Origin: a virus | Taxonomy: Duplodnaviria; Caudoviricetes | IMG/VR virus record: IMGVR_UViG_3300044656_000027 | Coordinates: 1 to 64,000 of that record | Length of the DNA: 64,000 nt | Direction: 5' to 3' (one strand) | Shown: piece after piece, positions 8,178-17,273 of the stretch | Position numbering within the stretch: the first letter of the stretch is position 1 | Layout of the letters: every line of letters starts with the position of its first letter | Notes under the pieces: generated by a model | Databases searched by the model: none | The model's input: only the letters and a program-made list of their open reading frames with translations | What the model was told of the DNA's origin: nothing | Position numbers and translations under genes: made by a program

Positions 8178-8865
8178 CAGGAAAATCCTGAAAACTCGCT
8201 GGGGCGATCTTTTGAAGTTCTTGAAGAACCAAGCCAGAGAATTCTCTGATTTCAGCATCTGCATGCACACTGTAGCGCTTGTGAAGCATATCACGCCATG
8301 CCCGCATATTTCCAGTCACCACGATGGCAGTCTCTACACCACCAGGCATTACGGCTCGTGCTGCTTCCCTAGCCTTCTTACCCTTGATTCCTACAGACTC
8401 TAGCTTCTCAACTAGCTTGTTGTAAAGCTGAATTGACTCGCGCTGATGACGACCCATCTCGGCAATACTACCAATACCGAGATTCTTGTCAATAGCGGGT
8501 GGAACAGTGATGATCGAGTCATCCATGTTCACGTATCGCTGTGACAGCTCACTATAGCTCAGATGGCGATGACGCACAAGCTCATGCGTGAGACTTCGGC
8601 TGACGCCTTCCACGTAGAAAGTAGCCGAAGCGTGCTCAAGGACACTGAAATGTCCTTGGGAGATGATGTTACTGATATACCCTTCGGCATCCGAAGTGAC
8701 AGGATTAGGCATGTGCCAGGACTGGTAACATGCTCGTCCTGCGAAATGTGCGAGTTCATCACAATCTGTTCCCGAATTCCCACTGTAGTAATCATCGAAC
8801 TTAGTTCCATGTACGGACTGAGGCGTATCAATCATCAAAGTCCGTGCAATTAGACTAACCTGCAA
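8161..8865 (-). CDS. thyX: Flavin-dependent thymidylate synthase
   Basis: GHFSVLEH and THELVRHRHLSYSELSQRY (RHRx7S) motifs; likely TTG start at 8865. Confidence 0.95.
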   Translation of the reverse strand: MQVSLIARTLMIDTPQSVHGTKFDDYYSGNSGTDCDELAHFAGRACYQSWHMPNPVTSDAEGYISNIISQGHFSVLEHASATFYVEGVSRSLTHELVRHRHLSYSELSQRYVNMDDSIITVPPAIDKNLGIGSIAEMGRHQRESIQLYNKLVEKLESVGIKGKKAREAARAVMPGGVETAIVVTGNMRAWRDMLHKRYSVHADAEIREFSGLVLQELQKIAPASFQDFPDEPFQ

Positions 8866-9220
8866 GCTCTTCTCCAAAGGTAGTTGCGTATGCGTCTCCC
8901 CAAGAAACGCCGGTGTCCTGATAAGTCTGGAGCTTAGTAAGCGCCTCAGATGCCTCATCCGTGAAATGAATTCCGTACTCGCGGAAAAGCTCGCCCTCAA
9001 GGTCTGGGAACTCCACGTTATTCAGCTTCCAGTTTTCCTCAAAGAAATCAATGGAAACCTTAAGCTTATTGATCAAGTAAACCCCGATCATACAAGAGGG
9101 GTAACCATCCTCTACATAGACGCAATCAGCGCCATCTTGCTGCTTATACACATAATTCTTGCCCTTAAGGGCGATGACGCCCGGAATATCATTCCGAACG
9201 TCATCAATGTCAATCAGCAC
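8855..9220 (-). CDS. Hypothetical protein
   Basis: 121 aa; CVY..PSCMIG and QDTG.SWG. Confidence 0.6.
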   Translation of the reverse strand: MLIDIDDVRNDIPGVIALKGKNYVYKQQDGADCVYVEDGYPSCMIGVYLINKLKVSIDFFEENWKLNNVEFPDLEGELFREYGIHFTDEASEALTKLQTYQDTGVSWGDAYATTFGEELAG

Positions 9221-9231
9221 TGTGATTTCCC

Positions 9232-9384
9232 TTACTTCTTCTCGTAGTTCTTCTCGAACTCTGCCTTGGTAATCCAGAACTCTCGTCCGGTATTACTCTC
9301 TCGAAGCTGGAAGCTATTTCCAGTCTTGCCAATCATTGTGTACTCGACATCATGGATCATCTTGTGCTTGAACTTGACAGCCAC
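9232..9384 (-). CDS. 50-aa hypothetical protein (not in ORF track)
   Basis: GTG start behind AAGGAG; MAVKFKHKM...FEKNYEKK. Confidence 0.6.
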   Translation of the reverse strand: MAVKFKHKMIHDVEYTMIGKTGNSFQLRESNTGREFWITKAEFEKNYEKK

Positions 9385-9392
9385 TAATCTCC

Positions 9393-9860
9393 TTAGGTGT
9401 TGTACTTGCCGTCTCTTTGCTCAACAGTAGCGCGAGAGGTACGTCTTGTCAACTCTCTAGATACTGCCTTACCGCACGCTTCTAGGTGGGTATAGAGGGA
9501 CTTTACCAGGATCTCATAGTTCTCACAAGTGTCCAGGTGATCCTCAGCTTCAATGTACTCAGGAGTCTGAGCTACAAGAGCCTTGGTCTCTGCCACTGTC
9601 TTGGCCTTGAGACGTACAGTAGCAGCATCACTGACTCTTTGCAAGACACGTGTGGCTTGACGAACAGCAATGGTGGCCTTTGCAACCTCATAACCGGCAT
9701 AACCAGTCCAACTGGTGAATTCGGAAAGAAGTTCCATTAGCTCAGGATCAGAAATTTCGGACAATCTTGCTGGTAGCTCCGGTTGGTCGTCGGATGGTCT
9801 GGCTGGTGCTCGTAGCCCCGTGCTCCCCAGTCCCCAACCGCTCTGTACTCTCTGGGCCAT
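9393..9860 (-). CDS. Helical protein, possibly a UvsY-like recombination mediator
   Basis: Start MAQRVQSGWG; coiled-coil character; next to an exonuclease and near recA; function inferred. Confidence 0.5.
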   Translation of the reverse strand: MAQRVQSGWGLGSTGLRAPARPSDDQPELPARLSEISDPELMELLSEFTSWTGYAGYEVAKATIAVRQATRVLQRVSDAATVRLKAKTVAETKALVAQTPEYIEAEDHLDTCENYEILVKSLYTHLEACGKAVSRELTRRTSRATVEQRDGKYNT

Positions 9861-10743
9861 AATTCTCACAATCTTTGCAAGTACCAGTAGGACATGCAGG
9901 GATAGGACCCCCGAAATCAAGTGCATTCGCAATTAGTCTCGCCATATCAATAATGGGGAAACTGTAATTGGGATCGTACTTAACTACGAATTCCTTTACT
10001 CCCTGATTAAACTTCGCTTCATAAATAAAGATGATGCGATCGTATGGAAGCCCCATCTCAGCGCACAGCGCGAGGTAGAGCTGCCCCTGACGCATGTGGG
10101 AGCTGAACGGCTCCTCAATGGCCTTCCAGAGCCCTTGTGGGTCTATCTTCTGACCTTCCGTATGGGCGTTGTAGATGTCAGGTGCCTCTATTCTAACCGT
10201 ACCCGCTCCCACGCTCTTAACCTCAATCAGAGCGCCCAAGTCTGGCACAGCGCCATCAGCATGTCCGGCAATTAGATACTGTTCATGTCGGAGAGGTACC
10301 TCGCGGTATATGAGAGTTCCAACAGTGTGGCAGTCGGGACACTTACTGGGAGAAAGGGTATCTCTAAAATAATGGGTACATGCAAGACATTCCCAATTGC
10401 CCCAAAGCTTTCCCATTTTCCATAGTCGCTTTTGCCACTTATCGTGAATGAGATGTCCTTCATCGAAGATGTTGAGGAGCTGTACCCCAATTTTCTCATC
10501 AGGCTTAAGATATGGGTTGTTGGAGTCTCGGCAAGTCTTGATTCGATAGTAGGTAGCACGTGGACACCAATTCTGCTTCGCCATTTCGGATGGATGGATA
10601 ATATCCTGTCGGCGAGTCGAAGGCTTTGAGTGTTCCTTCAACATATGAGCTTGAATGTCTCCCAGAAGGATAGTTCCCTTAGACGCGTTAGCCCAATCGC
10701 CTAGCTTTCCTTTCGCTTTTCCCCAGCCTCTTTGGATTGCCAA
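9748..10743 (-). CDS. Cas4-like PD-(D/E)xK exonuclease
   Basis: HPSE..WCPR, GHADG...IEVKS, QGQLY and C-terminal CxxxxCxxC; inserted Zn ribbon. Confidence 0.85.
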   Translation of the reverse strand: MAIQRGWGKAKGKLGDWANASKGTILLGDIQAHMLKEHSKPSTRRQDIIHPSEMAKQNWCPRATYYRIKTCRDSNNPYLKPDEKIGVQLLNIFDEGHLIHDKWQKRLWKMGKLWGNWECLACTHYFRDTLSPSKCPDCHTVGTLIYREVPLRHEQYLIAGHADGAVPDLGALIEVKSVGAGTVRIEAPDIYNAHTEGQKIDPQGLWKAIEEPFSSHMRQGQLYLALCAEMGLPYDRIIFIYEAKFNQGVKEFVVKYDPNYSFPIIDMARLIANALDFGGPIPACPTGTCKDCENYGPESTERLGTGEHGATSTSQTIRRPTGATSKIVRNF

Positions 10744-11048
10744 ATCTTTCTCTCTTTCCTTAGCTTGGCTCGTTCATCGGGCAGTAGTCCACCCCAAACT
10801 CCGTAGCGTTCATTGTTTACCATAGAGAATTCTAAGCAGGCTTCTAAGAGGGGGCAGGGTCGGCCATCGAGAGCGCCAGTGCATATATTCTTGGCGTCTT
10901 CCATCTCGTCATAGGCTTCCTCTTCCCCCTCTGTATCCCCGAACCACGGATCATAGTCCTTCGTGGCAGGGAATAACACACACTTAGCTGTCTTCTTAGT
11001 ATCGTCGCTAAACCATTGGGGAGCAACGCTACGCAGTTTCATTACCAA
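10701..11048 (-). CDS. whiB: WhiB-family Fe-S transcription factor
   Basis: Four Cys and YGVWGGL..ER; the CxxC is expanded to CTGALDGRPC. Confidence 0.88.
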   Translation of the reverse strand: MVMKLRSVAPQWFSDDTKKTAKCVLFPATKDYDPWFGDTEGEEEAYDEMEDAKNICTGALDGRPCPLLEACLEFSMVNNERYGVWGGLLPDERAKLRKERKIWQSKEAGEKRKES

Positions 11049-11358
11049 TTCCGGGACCTTCTCGTAGAGTCAGGTAATCATCGTATTGCATGATTACCCA
11101 TTTGTTTCCAGTACCCTGGAACTCTACCATAAAGATCGGAATTCGTCCATCCATAAGTGCATAGTCATAATTCTTCTGTAGGTCTGCATCCTTTAGCGAA
11201 TAGGATTTGGCTCCTGTTATCTTTGCCTCTACCAATTCGTATGCAGTCCGTATATCAGACTTACGAATCCATCCATTACCTGAACCAGAATTGACAAAGC
11301 CGGATAGCTCTTTGGCTATCCGGCGCTCTTGTCTCTGGCTGTCTTTCGTATCAGCCAT
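11029..11358 (-). CDS. Hjc-like Holliday junction resolvase (PD-(D/E)xK)
   Basis: SQRQERRIAKEL.G...SGSG...KSDI....LVEAK. Confidence 0.75.
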   Translation of the reverse strand: MADTKDSQRQERRIAKELSGFVNSGSGNGWIRKSDIRTAYELVEAKITGAKSYSLKDADLQKNYDYALMDGRIPIFMVEFQGTGNKWVIMQYDDYLTLREGPGIGNETA

Positions 11359-11705
11359 TAGTCTCCAATTAGAATACGCTGCACAATTACAGCAGACTTA
11401 TCCGCAAAGTGCTTGCGGTCATCATCGTTATACCACTGACCAGAAAGCTTGTCCAGAGTGACCGGAATCTTCTTAAGCAGCTTGGTCAGTGCCTCATCCT
11501 TCGTCAGAGGACCCTCAATGTCGCCAACCTCATGCAGGTCAAACGGAATGGGGCAGGAACAACCAGAATCGTGCGCCATGTAGAACTCGTTTGGACCAGC
11601 CATCCAAATAATGGTCTCGTCAAACTGCCAGTCCTCATAATCCCACTCCAGAATACCCAGCTCCGTCCAACCCATACGGTAAGCGTGGTCGAAGATGTAA
11701 GACAT
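11358..11705 (-). CDS. Hypothetical protein with DSGCSCP motif
   Basis: 115 aa, acidic; strong RBS. Confidence 0.65.
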   Translation of the reverse strand: MSYIFDHAYRMGWTELGILEWDYEDWQFDETIIWMAGPNEFYMAHDSGCSCPIPFDLHEVGDIEGPLTKDEALTKLLKKIPVTLDKLSGQWYNDDDRKHFADKSAVIVQRILIGD

Positions 11706-11720
11706 TATTCCTCCTATTGG

Positions 11721-11773
11721 TTAAGTAATCCATAACCGTTCTCCCTTTCGGGAGAGCGATTAAAGCTACTTAA
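11721..11773 (-). ncRNA. Conserved intergenic structured element, copy 2
   Basis: TTAAGTA-GCTT-TA-ATCGCTCTCCC-GAAA-GGGAGAACGGT-TA-TGGAT-TACTTAA. Confidence 0.8.
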
Positions 11774-12072
11774 TCAGCGATATAGATTCTATCGAGATCA
11801 TCGATAGGCTCATCAGGTTCACCGTGAAGAAGCCAGTAAATCACAGAGCGAAGCTCCGGACAACCTGACTGCTCACTACCACCCTGCGGGGCGCGTTGAT
11901 CTCCACTGACCAGCTTGTCAATGCTGAGACCATACTTGCAGTCGCAGTAACAATCCTGATCCATACGATGACCCATGTTATACACACAGATCCTACGACG
12001 TACAGCCTCAAGAGCCTGAGCAAGAGCCTCACGATCAGACTTTAGAAATCCATACGCAGGTTCGTTAATCAC
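11770..12072 (-). CDS. Hypothetical Cys-rich protein
   Basis: CVY..CDCKYG..GCPELR. Confidence 0.6.
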   Translation of the reverse strand: MINEPAYGFLKSDREALAQALEAVRRRICVYNMGHRMDQDCYCDCKYGLSIDKLVSGDQRAPQGGSEQSGCPELRSVIYWLLHGEPDEPIDDLDRIYIAD

Positions 12073-12341
12073 TTCTTACGTGCCCTCACTTCCTTGATGT
12101 CCTGGACCAGCTTGTAGATGTAGTATCCACCTAGTGTGACGGGCCAGGTTGCAATGATTGCTACTGTAAGCAAGAACTCCATCGTAGCACCGAGGGTACT
12201 ACCGTACAGCCATTGCCAATCCAGGTCAAGGGTATCAATCAACTTGATGTCATCGTTCCACGCGATGAGAGAAAACGATATGAGGACACCGACACCAAGG
12301 AAGTATAGTACCCCAAGGAATATCACGCAGCAACCTGCCAC
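12069..12341 (-). CDS. Small membrane protein
   Basis: Two hydrophobic helices. Confidence 0.55.
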   Translation of the reverse strand: MAGCCVIFLGVLYFLGVGVLISFSLIAWNDDIKLIDTLDLDWQWLYGSTLGATMEFLLTVAIIATWPVTLGGYYIYKLVQDIKEVRARKK

Positions 12342-12958
12342 TTGTGCAGATCATCGTTCTCCAGAAGCACCTTGTAGACTGCCTGAGCCTCGCGGAGCTG
12401 GACAACCATACCCTCAGCGTTGAACGCGTGCTCAACAGCGTTGGAGCCCTTGAGACGAAGCGTTTGCTTGAGACGAGTGATAGCACCCTGCTCAAAGTCT
12501 CCAGTGTAGAGGAGAGGAACAGTGCACAGCTCATGAACAGCAGTAGAGCCCGGCTGAACCTTAATGGTCTCCATCCACTTGGTAGCGTGGAACAGAGAGA
12601 ATCGCTTCTCACCCTTGGTCAGACCGTAGCCACGCTGGATACCAGAGCCCCACCACTCACCATAGTGATCACCAGGACCAAGAATATCCACGAGAGCCGT
12701 AGCGTTATCAAGAACCCATCCGGCAAAACCGAAGTTGTCCTCATTCTTAGTAGCCTTGAGGAAGCGAGAGCGAGACTGAACCCACACGTCATAAAGATAT
12801 CCAGCAGGATCGATAACAGTAGTGAGTCGTGCACTATTGTCCGGAAAGATTCCAGACGGACGAACACGAATAGCACTATTGGTACCGTCGATCTTCTCAG
12901 TGATCGTCATTCGCTCCTTAGACAGGCGCGGAATGCTGGGCCACTTCTGAAACTCCAA
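12323..12958 (-). CDS. RNA ligase (Rnl2-like adenylyltransferase domain)
   Basis: Motif I TEKIDGTN, QSRSR, YGEWWG.GIQ, FSLF, EGMVV and YK. Confidence 0.88.
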   Translation of the reverse strand: MEFQKWPSIPRLSKERMTITEKIDGTNSAIRVRPSGIFPDNSARLTTVIDPAGYLYDVWVQSRSRFLKATKNEDNFGFAGWVLDNATALVDILGPGDHYGEWWGSGIQRGYGLTKGEKRFSLFHATKWMETIKVQPGSTAVHELCTVPLLYTGDFEQGAITRLKQTLRLKGSNAVEHAFNAEGMVVQLREAQAVYKVLLENDDLHKWQVAA

Positions 12959-12979
12959 TTTATGCCTCCCGAATTAGTT

Positions 12980-13372
12980 TTACTGTGGTGTTAAGTATGG
13001 TGCAAGTACCTTGGTCAAGTCAACCGTTGATCCATAGGTGCTTGGAATCTGCACACCCTTGGTAATACGGTTGGCCATGTTGCTGACTTGCTCGATGATT
13101 GTATACGTGAAACCCTGTGGGAACAACTCAGTGTTGTCCGTGCAAGGTAAGGTGATGCTGAATGCACCAGACCCACCCGTGTTCGGTGAACCACCTTGTG
13201 TACCTGGTAGTACAGCAGTAAACGGAGTGATTGTCAAGAACTCGGAGTCTGTCTGGTCAGACAGGGATGGCACGCTCGGTACGAACTTTACCACCCCTGT
13301 CTCTCCCGCGCCACTGATGAAATTCACATACTTCCCAGTGACGATGATGGTCTTTCCACCAGTGATAGGCAT
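12980..13372 (-). CDS. Beta-rich protein resembling the N-terminal domain of actinophage tail-fibre/minor tail proteins
   Basis: Thr/Gly/Pro-rich; G.V.F.P...G.FSITLP.TD...L.P.GFTY.I.E pattern; TAAGGA RBS. Confidence 0.5.
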   Translation of the reverse strand: MPITGGKTIIVTGKYVNFISGAGETGVVKFVPSVPSLSDQTDSEFLTITPFTAVLPGTQGGSPNTGGSGAFSITLPCTDNTELFPQGFTYTIIEQVSNMANRITKGVQIPSTYGSTVDLTKVLAPYLTPQ

Positions 13373-13375
13373 AGG

Positions 13376-14413
13376 TTATTCCTTTGCGGTAGCGAAGTCA
13401 AGAGTCTTCTTGGTGATCTCTTCAAGTAGCTCTATGTTACCGCGTAGCTCCTCCACAATGGGGTTTGCACCCTGCCACTTGTAGTCTCCGTAGGAGTACC
13501 ACGAACCACCACGAGTGATGATCTTGTAGGAGATAGCCATAGTAATAACGTCACGTACTTTGTCGTAGTCGCCAGGCTTGAAGCCATTGGCAGTCTTATC
13601 AAAGTACATGTCAGCCGTCGCTGTACGACGCGGGGCACCAGCCTTGTTCTTTGTTACCTCAAACTTAACGCGCTGTCCAACGGCTACCTTTCCCTGTCCG
13701 TCTCTCGACTCATCAATGATCTCGTCAAGGGCTACCTTAATTCGCTGGTAGAACTGATAGTTCTTAGCCTTACCACCAGGCTCAGTCTTAGGTGTTCCGT
13801 ATGGAGAGAACCCACCAATCTTGTCACGGTACTGGTTGACAAAGAAACCAACATAAGGACGCTCATCGCTGAACGTATCCGGAATCTTACGGAAGAACTG
13901 CCCTACTCGTCTAGCTCCGCCACCAACGGTGAACCCTGACATGTCCTTCTCTTCTTCATCAGAAGCAATCATGGCAGGATATGAATCGATCACAATGCAA
14001 TCGTAAATATTAGCCTTAGCGGCATCAATAACGTTCTGGAAGCATAACTCCATGTTATTGTGCTCGAACACAGTAACACGGTCATTGTCTACGCCGCAAA
14101 GTGCAGCCCACTCAGGGTTATACGGCTCAGATGCTACCCAGTACACGGAATAATCAGGGTTCATTGCCTGATTAGTTGCAATGGTGTGGAGAATAGAGCT
14201 GGTCTTGGATGCGCTGGACTCTCCAACGATCTCAATCCAACGGTTAGCAGGCCAACCGCCACCTAACGCCACATCTAAGGAAAGAATTCCAGAGGACTGG
14301 CGTGGTGGAATGTAGATTTCGGACGCCATAATAAGGGGCTTTAAGCCAGCCTTAATTAGTTCCTTGTTCTTTGCAGCTTGGAACAGTCTTAACTTTTCGT
14401 GCTGATCAGACAC
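13376..14413 (-). CDS. recA: RecA recombinase
   Basis: SGILSLDVALGGGWP, variant Walker A GESSASKT, IVIDS, NQYRDKIG, PGGKA, KNK; GTG start 14413 (alternative ATG 14473). Confidence 0.93.
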   Translation of the reverse strand: MSDQHEKLRLFQAAKNKELIKAGLKPLIMASEIYIPPRQSSGILSLDVALGGGWPANRWIEIVGESSASKTSSILHTIATNQAMNPDYSVYWVASEPYNPEWAALCGVDNDRVTVFEHNNMELCFQNVIDAAKANIYDCIVIDSYPAMIASDEEEKDMSGFTVGGGARRVGQFFRKIPDTFSDERPYVGFFVNQYRDKIGGFSPYGTPKTEPGGKAKNYQFYQRIKVALDEIIDESRDGQGKVAVGQRVKFEVTKNKAGAPRRTATADMYFDKTANGFKPGDYDKVRDVITMAISYKIITRGGSWYSYGDYKWQGANPIVEELRGNIELLEEITKKTLDFATAKE

Positions 14414-14432
14414 GCATACCTCTTTCAAATAG

Positions 14433-14465
14433 AACGGGCTGGTAAGTATTACCCTACCAGCCCGG
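14433..14465 (-). terminator. Hairpin between nrdJ and recA
   Basis: CGGGCTGGTAGG-GTAATA-CTTACCAGCCCG followed by TTCTATTT. Confidence 0.6.
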
Positions 14466-14519
14466 TGTGACATTTGTCTAGTCTTCCTCGTACTACTCTC
14501 GCCAAGCGGTGTACTATTC

Positions 14520-16442
14520 CTAGATTAGATCTACTGTTTCACAGCCTCCATCGGCACTGCAAGCCAAGGTCTGTGATCCCACAGTCTGATCGTACTTCTC
14601 ATACCAGCTCAGGTCTTCCCAAGGGAGATCCTTTGGCATACGAGATAGTAGCAGCTCGTATGTCTTCTCGTCAATGTCTTCGTACGGTGCCTGAACATAC
14701 ACATGATCACTCATAGGCAGGAAGGCTACACCTGACAACTCATCAAAGTGTTCCCATACCTTTGCCCCGAGTTCCATCCATTCGTGATCTCTCACGGAGA
14801 TAGTAACAGATGGCTTGTGCTCTGTCCAGTGTCGCTGGTACGTCAACCACGTATCTAGATGCTGAACAGCAGTCAAATCATGACGGGTAATGGCTCCTTC
14901 TGGTGCTCTCATTGGAAATGAGAATACAACAGCAGAGGAATTCATCTTGTCATCCTCGTAAGGAATTCCATTGTCAATCAGGAATGCTGTAAGTGGGTCC
15001 TTCTTATCCGCACGAACTCTACGAATGAAGAACTTAGCATGCCAGGCATGTGCACCTGATGATGTGTTGGAAAGCTGAGAAGTAGTTCCCTCAGGCTTCA
15101 CACATGTTACAGCAGCAGACGCGGGAATGCCAAGTAGCTTTGCGTAGAACTCATTGGTCTTTACCGCAGCAATACGGAGGTAGTCTAGCCACTCTTCCTG
15201 GATTTGTCTACCCTGACTACCATTCAGAACAGGGTGACCCATCTGTCCAGTCATGGAGACACCCAGAAGTCTTTCCTCTTCTGTGTTCTCACGCCAGATA
15301 GGACGGAGGTACTGGAAGTCCGTAAGAGTTGACTGAATAGTCCCGAAGATCGTAGCAGCAACTACCTTTGTGTACAAGTCCTGTAGTGTGTCGCCCTCTC
15401 CCACAATTACGGTGGAGAGATTACAGAACTGATAAGGACGCAGAATTATCTCTGAGCATGGATTAGTTCCGTAATCGATATCCGGAGAGCGTCTTCCATA
15501 CTTTGCTGCCTGCTTCTGGCTAGCCTCTCGGTTGAAGATGCCTCTCTCACCCGAGTTTGAATCATAGATATTCCTCCACTCACCCATAAATGTAGAGAGT
15601 GAAGGACGTGTTTCATATACCGCAGAGATATTGCATAGTGCACGATAGGGGTGGTCCTCCCACCATTGTCCGGACTTAGCTGTAGCCAAGTCATTGTCTG
15701 ATAGATCAGTCAAGCCTATCAGAGCAGAGCGACGGACGCCACCCACTACAACAACCGATGCAATCTTGCAGACGATATCAAAGACCTCAAGTGTAGTCAA
15801 CTTACGGCCCTGAGCACCAGAGAACTTCTCGGAGACAAACTCAAAGAGTTCTTCCAGTGGCTCAGGTCCGGAGGAACGGCCTCCAAACGTCTTCAAACGG
15901 CTTCCTGCGGGGCGAACAGCGCTGGTATCCCAGTCGGGGTAGAAGCCCTGATACAAGGAGCTTACAAGCTCTCTCAGAGCCTTTGCCCAACCCTCCTTGG
16001 AGTCCTCCACGACAATGGTCCCATGGTCTCCAGAGTAGTACGGAGTCATGACTGTGGGCAGTTGGTCCACATACTTCTTCTCTACAGAGAATCCCACACC
16101 CGTGCCATTCATAAGGATGTACAGCAACTCATCGAAAGCAACCATGTCATCAATAGGAAGATAGGAACAGTTGTATCCTGCAATGTTGGATCGATCCAAT
16201 GCGGGACCAGCAGTCATCAATGCACGCATAGATCCGAAGGCTTCTAGGTTATGGAAGCTATCACGTAGGAATTCGTGAATCTCCTCTTCCATAATGTATC
16301 CGTGCTTAATGGCTTGCTTATCCATTGCTGCCATGTAGCGATCAACAGTCTCATCCCATGTCTCACGACGCTCCTTCTCATCATCCCAGCGGGCATATCT
16401 AGAAGTGGCAATGAAGGACTGATAAGGACTCATCTTAGTCAT
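14520..16442 (-). CDS. nrdJ: Class II (AdoCbl-dependent) ribonucleotide reductase, monomeric type
   Basis: SRYARW, YNCSY, VGGVRRSA, TNPCSEI, FCNL, TCVKPEGT, EHKPSVT and C-terminal CSADGGC. Confidence 0.95.
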   Translation of the reverse strand: MTKMSPYQSFIATSRYARWDDEKERRETWDETVDRYMAAMDKQAIKHGYIMEEEIHEFLRDSFHNLEAFGSMRALMTAGPALDRSNIAGYNCSYLPIDDMVAFDELLYILMNGTGVGFSVEKKYVDQLPTVMTPYYSGDHGTIVVEDSKEGWAKALRELVSSLYQGFYPDWDTSAVRPAGSRLKTFGGRSSGPEPLEELFEFVSEKFSGAQGRKLTTLEVFDIVCKIASVVVVGGVRRSALIGLTDLSDNDLATAKSGQWWEDHPYRALCNISAVYETRPSLSTFMGEWRNIYDSNSGERGIFNREASQKQAAKYGRRSPDIDYGTNPCSEIILRPYQFCNLSTVIVGEGDTLQDLYTKVVAATIFGTIQSTLTDFQYLRPIWRENTEEERLLGVSMTGQMGHPVLNGSQGRQIQEEWLDYLRIAAVKTNEFYAKLLGIPASAAVTCVKPEGTTSQLSNTSSGAHAWHAKFFIRRVRADKKDPLTAFLIDNGIPYEDDKMNSSAVVFSFPMRAPEGAITRHDLTAVQHLDTWLTYQRHWTEHKPSVTISVRDHEWMELGAKVWEHFDELSGVAFLPMSDHVYVQAPYEDIDEKTYELLLSRMPKDLPWEDLSWYEKYDQTVGSQTLACSADGGCETVDLI

Positions 16443-16468
16443 AGATTAATACTCCGCTGGGATAGTAA

Positions 16469-16855
16469 TTAGATATGGATGCCGCCACCAGCATTCAATT
16501 CGGCAATGCTGGCAGAAAGAGATTGGCCTGAATCATTCTGACGTGCAGGCGTCGCTGCCTGGCTTCTGTCAGTGGGTGCATTCAGGCCATAAGTAGACTG
16601 CTGGAAACGGGGATGCCAACCACATTCACCACAGGCTGACACATGATTTCCAGGCAGTATTAGGATCGTATCAGAACCACAGCCACCACATATAGATCCC
16701 TTCGTAGTCGCAGCAGTTGGTACGTACTGCGGGATACTTGGTTGCTGTGGTTCAGGTTGTGGGGTATGTACCGGCTGATACAGTCCGTATAATTCCCTGC
16801 TCACTGGCTGTGGGGGTGGTGTCTGTCCGTTTAACTTGTTAGCCCAGAAACTCAT
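16469..16855 (-). CDS. Hypothetical Zn-ribbon protein
   Basis: Pro/Gln-rich N-terminus; CGGC...CGECG. Confidence 0.65.
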   Translation of the reverse strand: MSFWANKLNGQTPPPQPVSRELYGLYQPVHTPQPEPQQPSIPQYVPTAATTKGSICGGCGSDTILILPGNHVSACGECGWHPRFQQSTYGLNAPTDRSQAATPARQNDSGQSLSASIAELNAGGGIHI

Positions 16856-17273
16856 TGTGTTCTCCGTATGTGATTAGCCCTCTTTGGAGCATGTGGGAAA
16901 CAACCGCTTCCGCAATCGCAGTTCCTAGTTTGTAATTGTGGAAACGGAACTTCATTTTATCCTCCTCGCTCAGTAATTTCATAGCGTCGTCACTATTAAT
17001 CAGAGCGTAAGAGGCTGCTTCCGATGCCATATAGCACAGGAAGGGGAAGTCCAAGCCAAAAGGCAGAAGGGAATTCTTTCGGCCCCACATTTCCCTAGCC
17101 TCTGCCTCAAGGACATCAAGGCTGGCAGGATTCTGGCCGAATCGAATTGGGTCCTTCTGCATTTTGATTGGACCGATCATATCCCATGTCATTGAACGGG
17201 ATATTTCCATGGCGAGCTGCTGTAGAGGCTCAATCTCCTCTACAGGCTCGACTTCTTCAAATGGATCGTACAT
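16839..17273 (-). CDS. Hypothetical protein
   Basis: 144 aa; TAATG-coupled to polA. Confidence 0.65.
   Translation of the reverse strand: MYDPFEEVEPVEEIEPLQQLAMEISRSMTWDMIGPIKMQKDPIRFGQNPASLDVLEAEAREMWGRKNSLLPFGLDFPFLCYMASEAASYALINSDDAMKLLSEEDKMKFRFHNYKLGTAIAEAVVSHMLQRGLITYGEHNEFLG

Noticed and set aside
9748-10743. Cas4-like gene as a sign of a CRISPR system
   Set aside because: No repeat-spacer array or other cas genes seen; stand-alone Cas4-like nucleases are common in phages.
14466-14520. Possible cobalamin riboswitch or ribozyme near nrdJ
   Set aside because: The gap is downstream of nrdJ, too short and lacks recognisable cores; the upstream gap is only 26 nt.
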